From an uncultured Chloroflexia bacterium (lineage in GTDB: Bacteria > Chloroflexota > Limnocylindria > Limnocylindrales > CSP1-4): 64,000 nt of DNA. Position 1 is the first letter of the stretch. Every line of letters begins with the position of its first letter. Below the pieces are notes generated by a model. It saw only the letters and a program-made list of their open reading frames with translations. It had not been told where the DNA came from and ran no database searches. The stretch lies in contig CAVRKQ010000010.1 in assembly GCA_963722105.1 (NCBI GenBank), forward strand, positions 12,291 to 76,290. The letters are read 5' to 3'. Of the stretch, positions 46,815 to 57,051 are shown piece by piece. Position numbers and translations under genes: made by a program.

Positions 46815-48305
46815 ATGGTCGTGGCGAGTGCCCCCGAGGCCCTTCTCACCATCAACGACGTGAGCAAGGCCTTCCCCGGCGTCAAGGCCCTCGACCATGT
46901 CACGCTCGAGGTGCGCCCCGGCAGGGTGCACGGCATCGTCGGCGAGAACGGGGCCGGCAAGTCCACGCTCATGAAGATCCTGTCGGGGGTCTATGAGAAG
47001 GACAGCGGCGAGATCGTCTTCGAAGGGAACGTGATCGACAAGGTCACGCCGGTTCAGTCCATGCACATGGGGCTGAGCATCATCTACCAGGAGCTCAACC
47101 TGGTGAACACGATGACCGTCGGGGAGAACATCTTCCTGGGCCGGTTCACGGAATCGGGCGGCAGGGCCGGCGTGCACGCCAAGGCCAAAGCCCTCCTGAA
47201 GAGCATCGGGTCAAAGGTCAGCACCTATCGGCAGGTGTCGGAGCTGAGCGTTTCGGACAAGCAGATGGTGGAGATCGCGAAGGCGCTGTCCTTCGACTCG
47301 AAGCTCATCATCATGGACGAGCCCAGCAGCAGCCTCACTGCGGAAGAGATGGACAAGCTCGTCCAGATCATCCACGACCTGAAGAGCAAGGGCATCGCGA
47401 TCATCTACATCTCGCACAAGCTCGACGAGATCTTCGGATTCTGCGACGTGGTGACCGTCATGCGCGACGGTCACGTGATCGACACCCGGAATGTCAGCGA
47501 GATCACCCGCAACGAGATGATCTCGATGATGGTTGGCAGGACCATCGAGAACGAGTTCCCCCCGCGGCCGGACGCCGTAGGCGAGACCATCCTCGAGATC
47601 AAGAACATCAACACCAGGAAGCTGAAGGACGTCAGCCTCACCCTCAGGAAGGGCGAGATTCTGGGCCTGGTTGGGCTGGTGGGCTCGGGGCGCACGGAGC
47701 TCGTGCGAGCGCTCTTCGGAGCGGACAAGGTCTCGAAGAAGAGCATCTATCTCGACGGCAAGCCCGTCCAGATCAACAGCCCGATGGACGCCATCAACCT
47801 CGGCCTGGCCATGGTGCCGGAGGAGCGGAAGCTCCAGGGCCTGCTCCTCGGGTTCTCCGTCGGGCAGAACATCTCGCTGGCCGTCCTGGCCCGATTGACG
47901 CAGTACGGCTTCGTCAACGAGAAGGAAGAGGGCGCTGTCGCTGATCGCCAGATCAAGGCGCTCAACGTGAAGACGCCGTCCAAGAGGACCAAGATCCGGA
48001 CGTTGTCGGGCGGGAACCAGCAGAAGGCGATCCTGGGCAGGTGGCTGGAGATGAGCCCAAAGGTCCTGATCCTGGACGAGCCGACGAAGGGCATCGATGT
48101 CGGCGCGAAGTACGAGATCTATCTGCTGATGAAGAAGGTCGTCGAAGCTGGCGGGTCGATCATCCTGATCTCCTCCGAACTTCCGGAGGTGCTGAACATG
48201 AGCAACCGCGTCAACACGATCTGCGAGGGTCGGATCAACGGAGAGTTCGATCCGACGACGGCCTCCGTCGACGAGATCATGGCCAAGGCCTTCGAATTCG
48301 CATGA
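46815..48305 (+). CDS. Sugar ABC transporter ATP-binding protein (tandem ABC domains, RbsA/MglA-like)
   Basis: ATG 46815 lies 6 nt after GGAG; ORF-track starts 46710/46803 would run through the hairpin. Walker A GENGAGKST, signature SVSDKQMV, second signature LSGGNQQK. Confidence 0.9.
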   Translation: MVVASAPEALLTINDVSKAFPGVKALDHVTLEVRPGRVHGIVGENGAGKSTLMKILSGVYEKDSGEIVFEGNVIDKVTPVQSMHMGLSIIYQELNLVNTMTVGENIFLGRFTESGGRAGVHAKAKALLKSIGSKVSTYRQVSELSVSDKQMVEIAKALSFDSKLIIMDEPSSSLTAEEMDKLVQIIHDLKSKGIAIIYISHKLDEIFGFCDVVTVMRDGHVIDTRNVSEITRNEMISMMVGRTIENEFPPRPDAVGETILEIKNINTRKLKDVSLTLRKGEILGLVGLVGSGRTELVRALFGADKVSKKSIYLDGKPVQINSPMDAINLGLAMVPEERKLQGLLLGFSVGQNISLAVLARLTQYGFVNEKEEGAVADRQIKALNVKTPSKRTKIRTLSGGNQQKAILGRWLEMSPKVLILDEPTKGIDVGAKYEIYLLMKKVVEAGGSIILISSELPEVLNMSNRVNTICEGRINGEFDPTTASVDEIMAKAFEFA

Positions 48306-49306
48306 GTGCCGCGACGCAGCCGGTCCGTCGCCGGGTGAGCCCGCAAGCAGCGGGCGACTTCCTGAAGAACACCCCCATCTACCTGGCGATCGCCCTGCTG
48401 GTGATCGTCACGTCGGTCGTCGAACCCAAGTTCCTGACCCTCAACAACTTCGACAACATCATCCGGCAGTTCGGGGTGCTGATCTTCGCCGCCCTCGGGA
48501 TGACCTTCGTCATCATGGCCGGGTTCATCGACCTCTCGATCGGCGGCATCATCTCGCTGGTGGCCGTGGTGACGGTCACGATGATCGACAAGGTGGGGCA
48601 GGGTGCCGCGATCCTTGTCGGCCTCTCGGTAGGCCTGGGATGCGGGCTGCTCAACAGCCTCTTGATCGTCGCGAGCGGTGCCTTGACGCAGGCGGAGTCG
48701 CTGTTCATCACCTTCGGCATGAGCCTGGTCTATGGCGCGGTGGCCCTGATGTATGTCCAGGGCGTCACGCAGTTCCTGACGTACTCGGAGACGGACATCT
48801 CGATCTTCGAGGCGATCAACTCGGGCGAGATCGGGATCCTGTCCGTCGCCGCCGTGATGTTCCTCGTCTGCCTGGCGGTCCTCGTGGTGATCGAGAGACG
48901 GACCTACATGGGACGGGCCGTCGTGCTCACCGGGGGCAACAAGGTCGCGGCCCGCCTGGCCGGGATCCCGATCAGCAAGACGATCGTGATGATCTACGGG
49001 ATCTCCGGCTTGCTCTCGGCGATCGGTGCGGTCGTCCTGATCTCGCGAGTGACGCTGGCCGACCCGACGATGGGAACGCCCTACATGACCCAGGCCATCC
49101 TCGCGGTCGTCGTGGGTGGCACGGCCTTGATCGGGGGCCGAGGCAGTGTCCTGTGGACGGTCCTCGGAGCGTTCCTGTTGATCCTTCTGAACAACTGCCT
49201 GAACCTCCTGGGCGTGTCGTCGTACGTGCAGTTCATGCTCTGGGGCGTGGTCCTGATCGCGGTGATCTGGCTGGATGCGAGGAAGGAAGCGCGGGTGAGC
49301 AGCTAG
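48302..49306 (+). CDS. Sugar ABC transporter permease (BPD_transp_2 / RbsC-like) 1
   Basis: ATGA overlap with the ATPase gene. About ten TM helices. Contains the GFIDLSIGG motif. Confidence 0.9.
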   Translation: MSAATQPVRRRVSPQAAGDFLKNTPIYLAIALLVIVTSVVEPKFLTLNNFDNIIRQFGVLIFAALGMTFVIMAGFIDLSIGGIISLVAVVTVTMIDKVGQGAAILVGLSVGLGCGLLNSLLIVASGALTQAESLFITFGMSLVYGAVALMYVQGVTQFLTYSETDISIFEAINSGEIGILSVAAVMFLVCLAVLVVIERRTYMGRAVVLTGGNKVAARLAGIPISKTIVMIYGISGLLSAIGAVVLISRVTLADPTMGTPYMTQAILAVVVGGTALIGGRGSVLWTVLGAFLLILLNNCLNLLGVSSYVQFMLWGVVLIAVIWLDARKEARVSS

Positions 49307-49308
49307 CC

Positions 49309-50322
49309 ATGAACACCCGCCAGCTCAACCTGAACTCACGCTTCCGCAGCTCGTCGAGGACCATCCTCGGGCTGCAGAAGGCGTTCCTGGCGATCCTCCT
49401 GGTCGTCCTCGCGATGGCAGTGTTCAACCTCGTCCCGGAGACGAGGAACAACTTCTTCTCCGAGGCGAACTTCATCAACGTCCTGAAGTCGGCGTCGATC
49501 TTCCTCATCCTGGCGATGGGCGAGACGGTCGTCCTGATCGCCGGCGGTGTGGACCTGTCGATCGGCGGCACGATGGCGTTCTCGGGCGTGGTCGTGATCA
49601 TGCTGATGAACGCCGGCGTGCCGATCCCGATCGCCATCGCCCTCACGCTCCTGGTCGGCGTGGCGGTCGGCGCGGTCAACGCGTTCATCTCCGTCTACCA
49701 GCGAGCAGAGCCGTTCATCATCACCCTCGGGATGGGGATCGTGCTGACCGGCGCGGGGCAGCAGCTGACGAATGCCCGTTCGGTGGCGAGCTCCGTCCCG
49801 GACTTCCAGCTCATCGCGAACACCAAGATCCTCGGGCCGGTGCCGATCCTCGTCGTCGTGATGCTCGCCGTGCTGGCCGTCACCTACTGGATGCTGCGGA
49901 GCACATCGTTCGGCAGGAATGTCTATGCCGTGGGCGGCGACTACGAGGTCGCGAAGTACTCGGGCATCAACGTCCGGCGGACGAAGGCGGCGACCTACCT
50001 CATCTGCGGCCTGACAGCCGCCCTCGGTGGCGTGATGCTGGCATCGCAGCTCAACTCGGCCAGCTCCATCGCCGGGGACAACACGGCGTTGTACGTCGTG
50101 TGCGCCGTCGTCGTGGGTGGGACATCCGTGGCCGGAGGCGTCGGCGGCGCCATCAAGTCGACCATCGGTCTGCTCCTCCTCGGCCTCCTGACGAATGCCT
50201 TCAACCTGCTGCGGATCGACTCGCTGGTGTCGTACCTGCCGACGGCCCTGCTCGGCGTCATCATCGTGTCCATCCTGTGGCTCGACAGCTATGGGCGGAA
50301 GCGACGCCGGGAAGCAATCTGA
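49309..50322 (+). CDS. Sugar ABC transporter permease (RbsC-like) 2
   Basis: The ATG lies 2 nt after the upstream TAG. Contains GGVDLSIGG and GGTSVAGGVGG motifs. Confidence 0.9.
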   Translation: MNTRQLNLNSRFRSSSRTILGLQKAFLAILLVVLAMAVFNLVPETRNNFFSEANFINVLKSASIFLILAMGETVVLIAGGVDLSIGGTMAFSGVVVIMLMNAGVPIPIAIALTLLVGVAVGAVNAFISVYQRAEPFIITLGMGIVLTGAGQQLTNARSVASSVPDFQLIANTKILGPVPILVVVMLAVLAVTYWMLRSTSFGRNVYAVGGDYEVAKYSGINVRRTKAATYLICGLTAALGGVMLASQLNSASSIAGDNTALYVVCAVVVGGTSVAGGVGGAIKSTIGLLLLGLLTNAFNLLRIDSLVSYLPTALLGVIIVSILWLDSYGRKRRREAI

Positions 50323-50428
50323 CGTCGGCCGGCGCACGCTGGTCGAGGCGACAAGAGCGCTGGGAGGTCACTTGCGTCCACCTTTCCGCGACCGCTGGGG
50401 GTAGGCAGGTCCCGGGACGTTCCCTACG

Positions 50429-51958
50429 GTGCCAGCAATGACGGTGGATACAGACGGGCCGACCATCACGACCGACATCGTCATCGTCGGCAGTGGCATG
50501 GGCGGCGGCACGCTTGCCTACGCGCTGCGCAATCGTGGCGCGAAGATCCTCATCGTCGAGCGCGGCGACTACCTGCCGCGGGAGCCCGAGAACTGGAGCC
50601 CGCGGGAGCTCTTCGTCGCGAAGCGCTACCGCACCACCGATCCGTTCCTCGATGCGAGCGGCAAGCCGTTTCAGCCCTCGATCTACTACGTCGTCGGGGG
50701 CTGCACCAAGGTCTACGGCGCTGCCCTGCCGCGCTTCAGGCGCGAGGACTTCGGGGTCCTCGAGAGCGAGGACGGCGTTTCGCCGGCCTGGCCGGTTGGC
50801 TACGACGAGCTCGAGCCCTACTACGCCGAGGCCGAGCGCCTGTTCCGTGTCCACGGCACCGCCGGCGCGGATCCCGTCGAAGGTGCGCGGTCGACGCCGT
50901 TCCCGTATCCGGCAGTTCCCCACGAGCCCGTCATCGCCGACGTCGCGGACAGCTTCGAGCGGCAGGGCCTGCAGCCATTCCCGTTGCCCCTCGGGATCGA
51001 CCTGCGCGAGGGCGGCACCTGCATCCGCTGCAAGACGTGCGACGGCTTCCCCTGCCAGGTCCTCGCGAAGAGCGACGCCGAGGTCTGTGTCACGACCCCG
51101 GCCCTGGAGTCGCCGAACGTCTCGATGATGACCGGAGCGCGTGCCGTGACGCTCCGGACGGACACCACCGGCCGGCGGGTCATCGGCCTTGAGATCGACA
51201 TGAACGGCACGAGACGAACCGTGCTCGCGTCGACCTACGTGGTCGCCGCAGGAGCGATCAACTCTGCGGCGTTGCTTCTCCGCTCAGCGTCGGACCGCCA
51301 CCCGAACGGCCTCGCCAACTCGACCGGGCTCGTCGGGCGCAACTACATGGCGCACGTCAACTCGGCGCTGATGGCGATCCGCCCGAAGACCAACGGAACC
51401 GTCTTCCAGAAGACGCTTGCCCTGAATGACTGGTACTTCGGGGAATCCAACGCCCGGGTGGGCATGGGCCACGCCCAGCTCCTCGGCAAGCTGCAGGCGG
51501 GCATGCTCGAGGCGGCGGTGCCATGGGCGCCGACGAGGCTCCTTGCCGAGCTCGCCGGCCGGAGTGTCGACTGGTACCTGATGACCGAGGATCTGCCGGA
51601 TCCGGAGAACCGCGTCTCGCTCGATTCGTCCGGTCGGGTCATCGTGAGCTTTCGAGCGAACAACCTGAAGCTGCACAAGCGCCTCCTTCGGACCATGGCC
51701 GCCGCGATGCGGCAGGCCGGCTACCCGATGATCCAGACCCGTCGCTTCGGCCTCGATGCCACGGCCCATCAATGCGGAACCGCGAAGTTCGGCGACGATC
51801 CCGCGACGTCAGTCCTGGACCCACTGTGCCGCAGCCATGACGTCGCGAATCTCTTCGTGATGGATGCGTCGTTCCTTCCGTCCTCGGCGGCCCAGAACCC
51901 TGCGCTCACCATTGCAGCGCAGGCACTGCGTGTTGGCGAGAAGGCCGCCTTCAACTGA
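50429..51958 (+). CDS. GMC-family FAD-dependent oxidoreductase (flavoprotein dehydrogenase/oxidase) 1
   Basis: FAD fingerprint DIVIVGSGMGGG. C-terminal GMC domain HQCGTAKFG...VMDASFLPSSAAQNPALTI. Alternative start at ATG 50438. Confidence 0.85.
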   Translation: MPAMTVDTDGPTITTDIVIVGSGMGGGTLAYALRNRGAKILIVERGDYLPREPENWSPRELFVAKRYRTTDPFLDASGKPFQPSIYYVVGGCTKVYGAALPRFRREDFGVLESEDGVSPAWPVGYDELEPYYAEAERLFRVHGTAGADPVEGARSTPFPYPAVPHEPVIADVADSFERQGLQPFPLPLGIDLREGGTCIRCKTCDGFPCQVLAKSDAEVCVTTPALESPNVSMMTGARAVTLRTDTTGRRVIGLEIDMNGTRRTVLASTYVVAAGAINSAALLLRSASDRHPNGLANSTGLVGRNYMAHVNSALMAIRPKTNGTVFQKTLALNDWYFGESNARVGMGHAQLLGKLQAGMLEAAVPWAPTRLLAELAGRSVDWYLMTEDLPDPENRVSLDSSGRVIVSFRANNLKLHKRLLRTMAAAMRQAGYPMIQTRRFGLDATAHQCGTAKFGDDPATSVLDPLCRSHDVANLFVMDASFLPSSAAQNPALTIAAQALRVGEKAAFN

Positions 51959-51985
51959 GCCCTTGAACCGTTCGGAGGCCAACCG

Positions 51986-53586
51986 GTGAGCGATCGCCAC
52001 ACCCACATCGTCATCGGCGCCGGCGCGGCAGGCTGTGCCGTTGCCGCTCGACTCAGCGAGGATCCCGGCAATCGCGTCCTCCTCCTCGAGGCGGGGGGCC
52101 GCGACTGGAACCCGCTCATCCACATGCCGGCCGGGTTCACGAAGTTGACGGGACCGAGCGTGAACTGGGGGTTCGAAACCGTCCCGCAGCCCGAGCTGAA
52201 CAACCGCCGGATGCACTACCCCCAGGGCCGGACCCTTGGTGGCAGCACGTCGATCAACGCGATGATCTACATCCGAGGCAATCGCCTTGACTACGACGAG
52301 TGGAGGGATCTCGGCAACGAAGGCTGGGGCTACGACGGCGTCCTGCCGTACTTTCGCAAGTCGGAGAACAACGAGCGTCTCGCCGACGAGTACCACGGCA
52401 CCGGTGGGCCGCTCAATGTCACCGACCAGGTCGGACACAACGCGATCTCGCAAGGGCTTCGTCCGGGCCGCGCAGAGCGTGGGCATTCCGTTCAGCCACG
52501 ATTTCAACGGGCGCCGAGCAGGCCGGTGTCGGCTTCTACGACGTCACGCAGCGCAACGTCCGGCGAGAGAGCTCGGCGACCGCGTTCCTGAAGCCGGCGC
52601 GAAAGCGCGCGAACCTGACGATCGCCACCCACGCGCAGGCGACACAGCTGATCGTCGAGAACGGTCGCGCCACGGGCGTCCGCTATCTGGCCAAGGGCAA
52701 GCCGGCCGAAGCCCACGTCGACGCAGGCGGCGAGGTCGTCGTATCGGGCGGTGCGGTCAACTCCCCGCGACTGCTGCTGCTGTCCGGCATCGGGCCTGCA
52801 GACGAGCTGCGATCGCTTGGCATCCCGGTTGTCCATGACCTCCCCGGCGTGGGCAAGAACTTCCAGGACCACATGGATGTCTATCTCACGGCCGAGACGG
52901 CGCCCGTCAGCTACAACGGCGAGGATCGCTGGGACAAGGCCGCGCGCCACGGCATCCAGTACCTCCTGTACAAGACCGGACCGGTGACCGCTTGCGTTGC
53001 CGAGGCGGGCGCCTTCGTGTCCTCGAGCCCGGCCGTTCGCTCGCCGGACATCCAGATCCACTGCCTGCCTGCCTACGTCGTCGATCACGGGCGGATCCGG
53101 GTCAAGGGACACGGCGTCACGATCAACACGTGCAACCTGCGGCCGAAGAGCATCGGCTCGGTCACGCTGCGCTCGGCTGATCCGCTGGCCGAGCCGGCCA
53201 TCGATCCCGCGTTCCTCCAGGATCCCCACGACTGGAAGATCTCGATGGAGGCCTTCGAGCGGGGACGCGAGATCCTCAACGCACCGGCGTTCAAGGACCT
53301 CATCCGCAAGGAGGCGATGCCCGGCGCCGACGTCAAGTCGCCTGCCGGCATCCGCGCGTACATCAAGGAGTGGTCCAAGACCGACTACCACCCGGTCGGA
53401 TCCTGCAAGATGGGCAGCGATGCGGCGGCGGTGGTGGACAGCCAGCTGCGGGTCCACGGGCTCGGTGGGCTTCGGGTCATCGACGCCTCGATCATGCCAA
53501 CGCTGATCAGCGGCAACACGTCGGCGCCGTCGATCATGATCGGCGAGAAGGGGGCAGCGATCATGCGTGCGGGAGCGGTCGTTTGA
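51986..53586 (+). pseudogene. GMC-family oxidoreductase 2 (choline-dehydrogenase-like), interrupted by two +1 shifts near 52451 and 52512 (probably intact in vivo)
   Basis: GTG 51986 lies 7 nt after GGAGG. Pieces: HIVIGAGAAGCAVAARLSED...GGSTSINAMIYIRG...VGHNAIS | KGFVRAAQSVGIPFSHDFNG | AEQAGVGFYDVTQRN...YHPVGSCKMG...VIDASIMPTLISGNTSAPSIMIGEK. Confidence 0.85.
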
Positions 53587-54596
53587 GCACGGGAGCGGCG
53601 CCTCGGATCCGCTGGGGCCTGATCGGCGCGAGCGACATTGCCGAGACGCGGATGATCCCGGCCATGCGCCGGCTCGGCCACGACGTGGTCGCCGTCGGCT
53701 CGTCGACAGCCGACTGGGCCGCCACCTATGCCAACCGCAACGGCATCCCCGTGTCCGGTTCAGTCGAGGACGTCGTCGCGCGCGATGACATCGACGCCGT
53801 CTACATCAGCAGCACCAACGAACACCACCGTGCGCAGACCGAGCTCGCGGCCACCGCCGGCAAGCACGTCCTGTGCGAGAAGCCGCTCGCCCTGTCGGTC
53901 GAGGACGGACGAGCGATGGTCGAGGCATGCGAGCGTGCCGGCGTGATCCTGGCGACCAACCATCACCTGCCCGGCTCGGGCCTCCACCGGGCGATCCGGG
54001 ACCTCGTCGCCGACGGCGCCGTCGGGCGCATCCTGGCGGTCCGCGTCTTCCATGCGGTGATGCTCCCGGAGCGACTGCAGGGCTGGCGGCTCGGCAGCAT
54101 GGCGGGCGCCGGCGTCACGGTCGACATCACCTGCCACGACGCGTCAGTGATCAACCCGCTCCTTGGTGCGCTCCCGATCGACCTCGTGGCCCTCGCGACG
54201 AAGCAGGGTCCCTGGGAGGCGGCCGCGGAGGACGCCATCATGGCCACGATGCGGTATGCCGACGGAGCGCTGGTGCAGACGCACGACGCTTTCACGGTGC
54301 GGTACGCACCCACAGGCGTTCATGTCATGGGGTCCGACGGGGCGATCTTCGCGGTGGACGCGATGACCCAGGAGCCCAACGGCACTGCCGTGCTCCGCGA
54401 TGCCTCCGGCGAACGGGAGATCGAGGTCCCGGACCGCCGCGACGTGTACGACATCAGCGTCGGGGGATTCGCCGCCGCGGTGATCGGCGAGGCCGACCGG
54501 CCCGTCGTCACCGGCCTCGAGGGGCTCCAGGCCGCGCACGTGGCGCTCGCCGTCAGGCAGGCGGCCGAGCGGGGCGAGCGCGTCGTCCTCGGCTGA
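53583..54596 (+). CDS. Gfo/Idh/MocA-family oxidoreductase 2
   Basis: TTG 53583 overlaps the upstream TGA (TTGA). Sequence IRWGLIGASDIAE (Rossmann), HVLCEKPLA. 337 aa. Confidence 0.85.
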   Translation: MSTGAAPRIRWGLIGASDIAETRMIPAMRRLGHDVVAVGSSTADWAATYANRNGIPVSGSVEDVVARDDIDAVYISSTNEHHRAQTELAATAGKHVLCEKPLALSVEDGRAMVEACERAGVILATNHHLPGSGLHRAIRDLVADGAVGRILAVRVFHAVMLPERLQGWRLGSMAGAGVTVDITCHDASVINPLLGALPIDLVALATKQGPWEAAAEDAIMATMRYADGALVQTHDAFTVRYAPTGVHVMGSDGAIFAVDAMTQEPNGTAVLRDASGEREIEVPDRRDVYDISVGGFAAAVIGEADRPVVTGLEGLQAAHVALAVRQAAERGERVVLG

Positions 54597-54629
54597 GGTC
54601 GACCGGGTCCGGCCCGGGCGTTTGGTACG

Positions 54630-55466
54630 GTGACGCTCCTGAGCCCCGTCAGGAGCACGATCGAGCCGATGGATCGAGAGGCGGTCTCTCGCTATCTCGC
54701 AGCGACGAACATCGAACACGCGACGCTGCAGTTCTGTGAGCGATTCGACGAGAAGAGCCGCATCTGGAACTTCAGCAGGCATTCCCATCCGTTCTTCGAG
54801 CTCATCTTCTTCCTCGAAGGCAGGGCGAACATCGATGCAGGCGATGAATCGATGGACGTCCTGGGTTTCGATGTCCTGATCTACCCGCCCGGCCTCGAGC
54901 ACGCCGAACATCTCGACCTGCGCCAACGGCACGAGATCATCTGTCTCTGGGCGGACACGGGGCCCACCGGCTCGTTCGACCACGCCATCAAGCTGATGGA
55001 CGAGCACGGCACCCTGCGCTCCGTGTTCGAGATGGTGTACGACGAGTTCACGGCCAACCGCCCGTTCTCGCCTGACCTGATCTCGTGCTACCTGCAGGCC
55101 ATCTTCCTCCAGGTGCGGCAGCACTTCGCAGAGCCATCCCGTGACGCCAGCACGCTCGTCGAGCGGTGCCTCGGATTCATCCACGAGCACTACGCCCGGG
55201 ACTTCGACATCGACGAGCTGGCGAGACAGGTCTCGGTCAGCCCAAGCTACCTGTTCCGGCTCTTCAAGAAGAAGATGCAGGTCACGCCGATGCACTATCG
55301 GAACGTCGTCCGCATCGACAAGGCGAAGCTGCTGCTTGCCGACCAGGCGCTCACCGTCGAAGACGTCGCCGAGCGCGTGGGCTACGAGGACCCCAAGTAC
55401 TTTTCGCGCCTGTTCCGCGCCCTTGCCGGCGTTTCGCCGAGCTTCTATCGCAAGGAGCGACGCTGA
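54630..55466 (+). CDS. AraC-family transcriptional regulator (cupin sensor + HTH)
   Basis: C-terminal dual HTH LARQVSVSPSYLFRLFKKKMQVTP...VAERVGYEDPKYFSRLFRALAGVSPSFYR. Alternative start at ATG 54669. Confidence 0.9.
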   Translation: MTLLSPVRSTIEPMDREAVSRYLAATNIEHATLQFCERFDEKSRIWNFSRHSHPFFELIFFLEGRANIDAGDESMDVLGFDVLIYPPGLEHAEHLDLRQRHEIICLWADTGPTGSFDHAIKLMDEHGTLRSVFEMVYDEFTANRPFSPDLISCYLQAIFLQVRQHFAEPSRDASTLVERCLGFIHEHYARDFDIDELARQVSVSPSYLFRLFKKKMQVTPMHYRNVVRIDKAKLLLADQALTVEDVAERVGYEDPKYFSRLFRALAGVSPSFYRKERR

Positions 55467-55478
55467 CGGCCGCCGCGC

Positions 55479-56993
55479 TCAGCCGCTTGCGTCGCGCTTC
55501 TCGGTCTCGGCGAGCTTCTTGCGGTTCTCCTCGCGCTTCCGCTGGGCGTTGCCGGCGGCGCTCCGCGGGACCTCCGGGGCAGGGAAGGGGCTCTTCGGCG
55601 TCTTTCCGGTCTCGCGAGCCTGCTCGCGCGCGGCGGCACGGCGGGCGATCCGCTCGCTGATGGTCGACTCGTAGCCCTGGTCCGTCGGGAGGTAGTAGCG
55701 CTTGCCGTCGATCGCGTCGGGCAGGTAGCGCTGCTCGACGTCGGCGCCGTCGAAGTCGTGGGGGTAGCGGTAGCCGACGCCGATCCCGTGATGCTTCATC
55801 CGCGGGTTGGCCGCGGTTCGGAGGTGCAGCGGGACCGGCAGGCTGCCGTGCGCGTCGACGTCCCCGACGGCGGCCCAGTAGGCCAGCCCGGAGCGGTTCG
55901 ACTTGGGCGCGGTCGCGATGTAGGTCGTCGCCTGGGCGAGGGCGTACTGCGCCTCGGGGAGGCCGACGTGATCGAGCGCCTGGGCGGCGGCGACCGCGAC
56001 CTGGAGCGCACGCGGGTCGGCGTTCCCGACGTCCTCCGACGCCGCGATGATCAGCCGCCGGGCGATGAACCGAGGGTCCTCGCCGGCCGCGACCATCGCC
56101 GCCAGCCAGTAGAGCGCGCCGTCGGCGTCGTTGCCGCGAAGGCTCTTGATGAACGCGGAGACGGTGTCGTAATGGCCGTCGCCGGCGCGGTCGTACTGGA
56201 GGATCCGCTGCTGCGCGGCGGCTTCGATGTCCGCGAGCCGCGGGGTAACGGCGCCCTTCTTGTCGCGGGCGCCCTCCGACTCGGCCAAGGCCACCGCGCC
56301 TTCGAGGACGTTGAGGGCCACGCGCGCATCGCCGCCGGCGATCGAGACCAGGTGCTCGAAGGCCTCGTCGTCGAGCGCGACACCGCCCTCGGGCCCGAGC
56401 TCGCCCGCGAGCCCGCGCTCCTTGTCCTCGATCGCCCGCTTGACCACGACGCCGACGTCGTCGTCGGTGAGCGGCTCCAGGCGCCAGACGCGGAGCCGCG
56501 ACAGCAGCGCCGAGTTGACCTCGAAGTAGGGGTTCTCGGTGGTGGCCCCGATGAGGGTGATCGTGCCGTCCTCGACGTGCGGCAGCAGTGCGTCCTGCTG
56601 GGCCTTGTTGAAGCGGTGGATCTCGTCGATGAAGAGGACGGTGCGCTTGCCGTTGAGCGCGAGCCGATCCTGTGCGGTCGCGATGGCGCTGCGGACCTCC
56701 GCAACCCCGGACATGACCGCCGAGAGCGTGATGAACTCCGCGCCGACCGCCTCAGCCAGGATCCGGGCGAGCGTCGTCTTGCCGGTGCCGGGCGGGCCCC
56801 ACAGGAGCAACGAAGTCAGGTGGCCCCGCGAGACGGATTTCCGAAGCGGCCCCTGTTCGCCGACGAGGTGCTCCTGGCCCTCGAACTCCTCGAAGGTCCG
56901 CGGCCGCATCCGCGCGGGCAGCGGCTGTCGCTCCGGCGGCGGCTGGAACAGGGCTTCGGGTCGCGCACCCGTGACGCGGCGGGAGGGCACCAC
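55479..56993 (-). CDS. rarA: Replication-associated recombination protein A (RarA/MgsA AAA+ ATPase) with Lys/Arg-rich C-terminal tail
   Basis: PLPARMRPRTFEEFEGQEHL, Walker A GPPGTGKTT, Walker B VLFIDEIHRFNK, and the MgsA C-terminal domain YLPTDQGYE. Confidence 0.9.
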   Translation of the reverse strand: MVPSRRVTGARPEALFQPPPERQPLPARMRPRTFEEFEGQEHLVGEQGPLRKSVSRGHLTSLLLWGPPGTGKTTLARILAEAVGAEFITLSAVMSGVAEVRSAIATAQDRLALNGKRTVLFIDEIHRFNKAQQDALLPHVEDGTITLIGATTENPYFEVNSALLSRLRVWRLEPLTDDDVGVVVKRAIEDKERGLAGELGPEGGVALDDEAFEHLVSIAGGDARVALNVLEGAVALAESEGARDKKGAVTPRLADIEAAAQQRILQYDRAGDGHYDTVSAFIKSLRGNDADGALYWLAAMVAAGEDPRFIARRLIIAASEDVGNADPRALQVAVAAAQALDHVGLPEAQYALAQATTYIATAPKSNRSGLAYWAAVGDVDAHGSLPVPLHLRTAANPRMKHHGIGVGYRYPHDFDGADVEQRYLPDAIDGKRYYLPTDQGYESTISERIARRAAAREQARETGKTPKSPFPAPEVPRSAAGNAQRKREENRKKLAETEKRDASG

Positions 56994-57051
56994 GTGAGTC
57001 TAGGAGGCACGCGCGCCTACGGCCCCGCCCACGTCGCGATTCGAAATGCCT

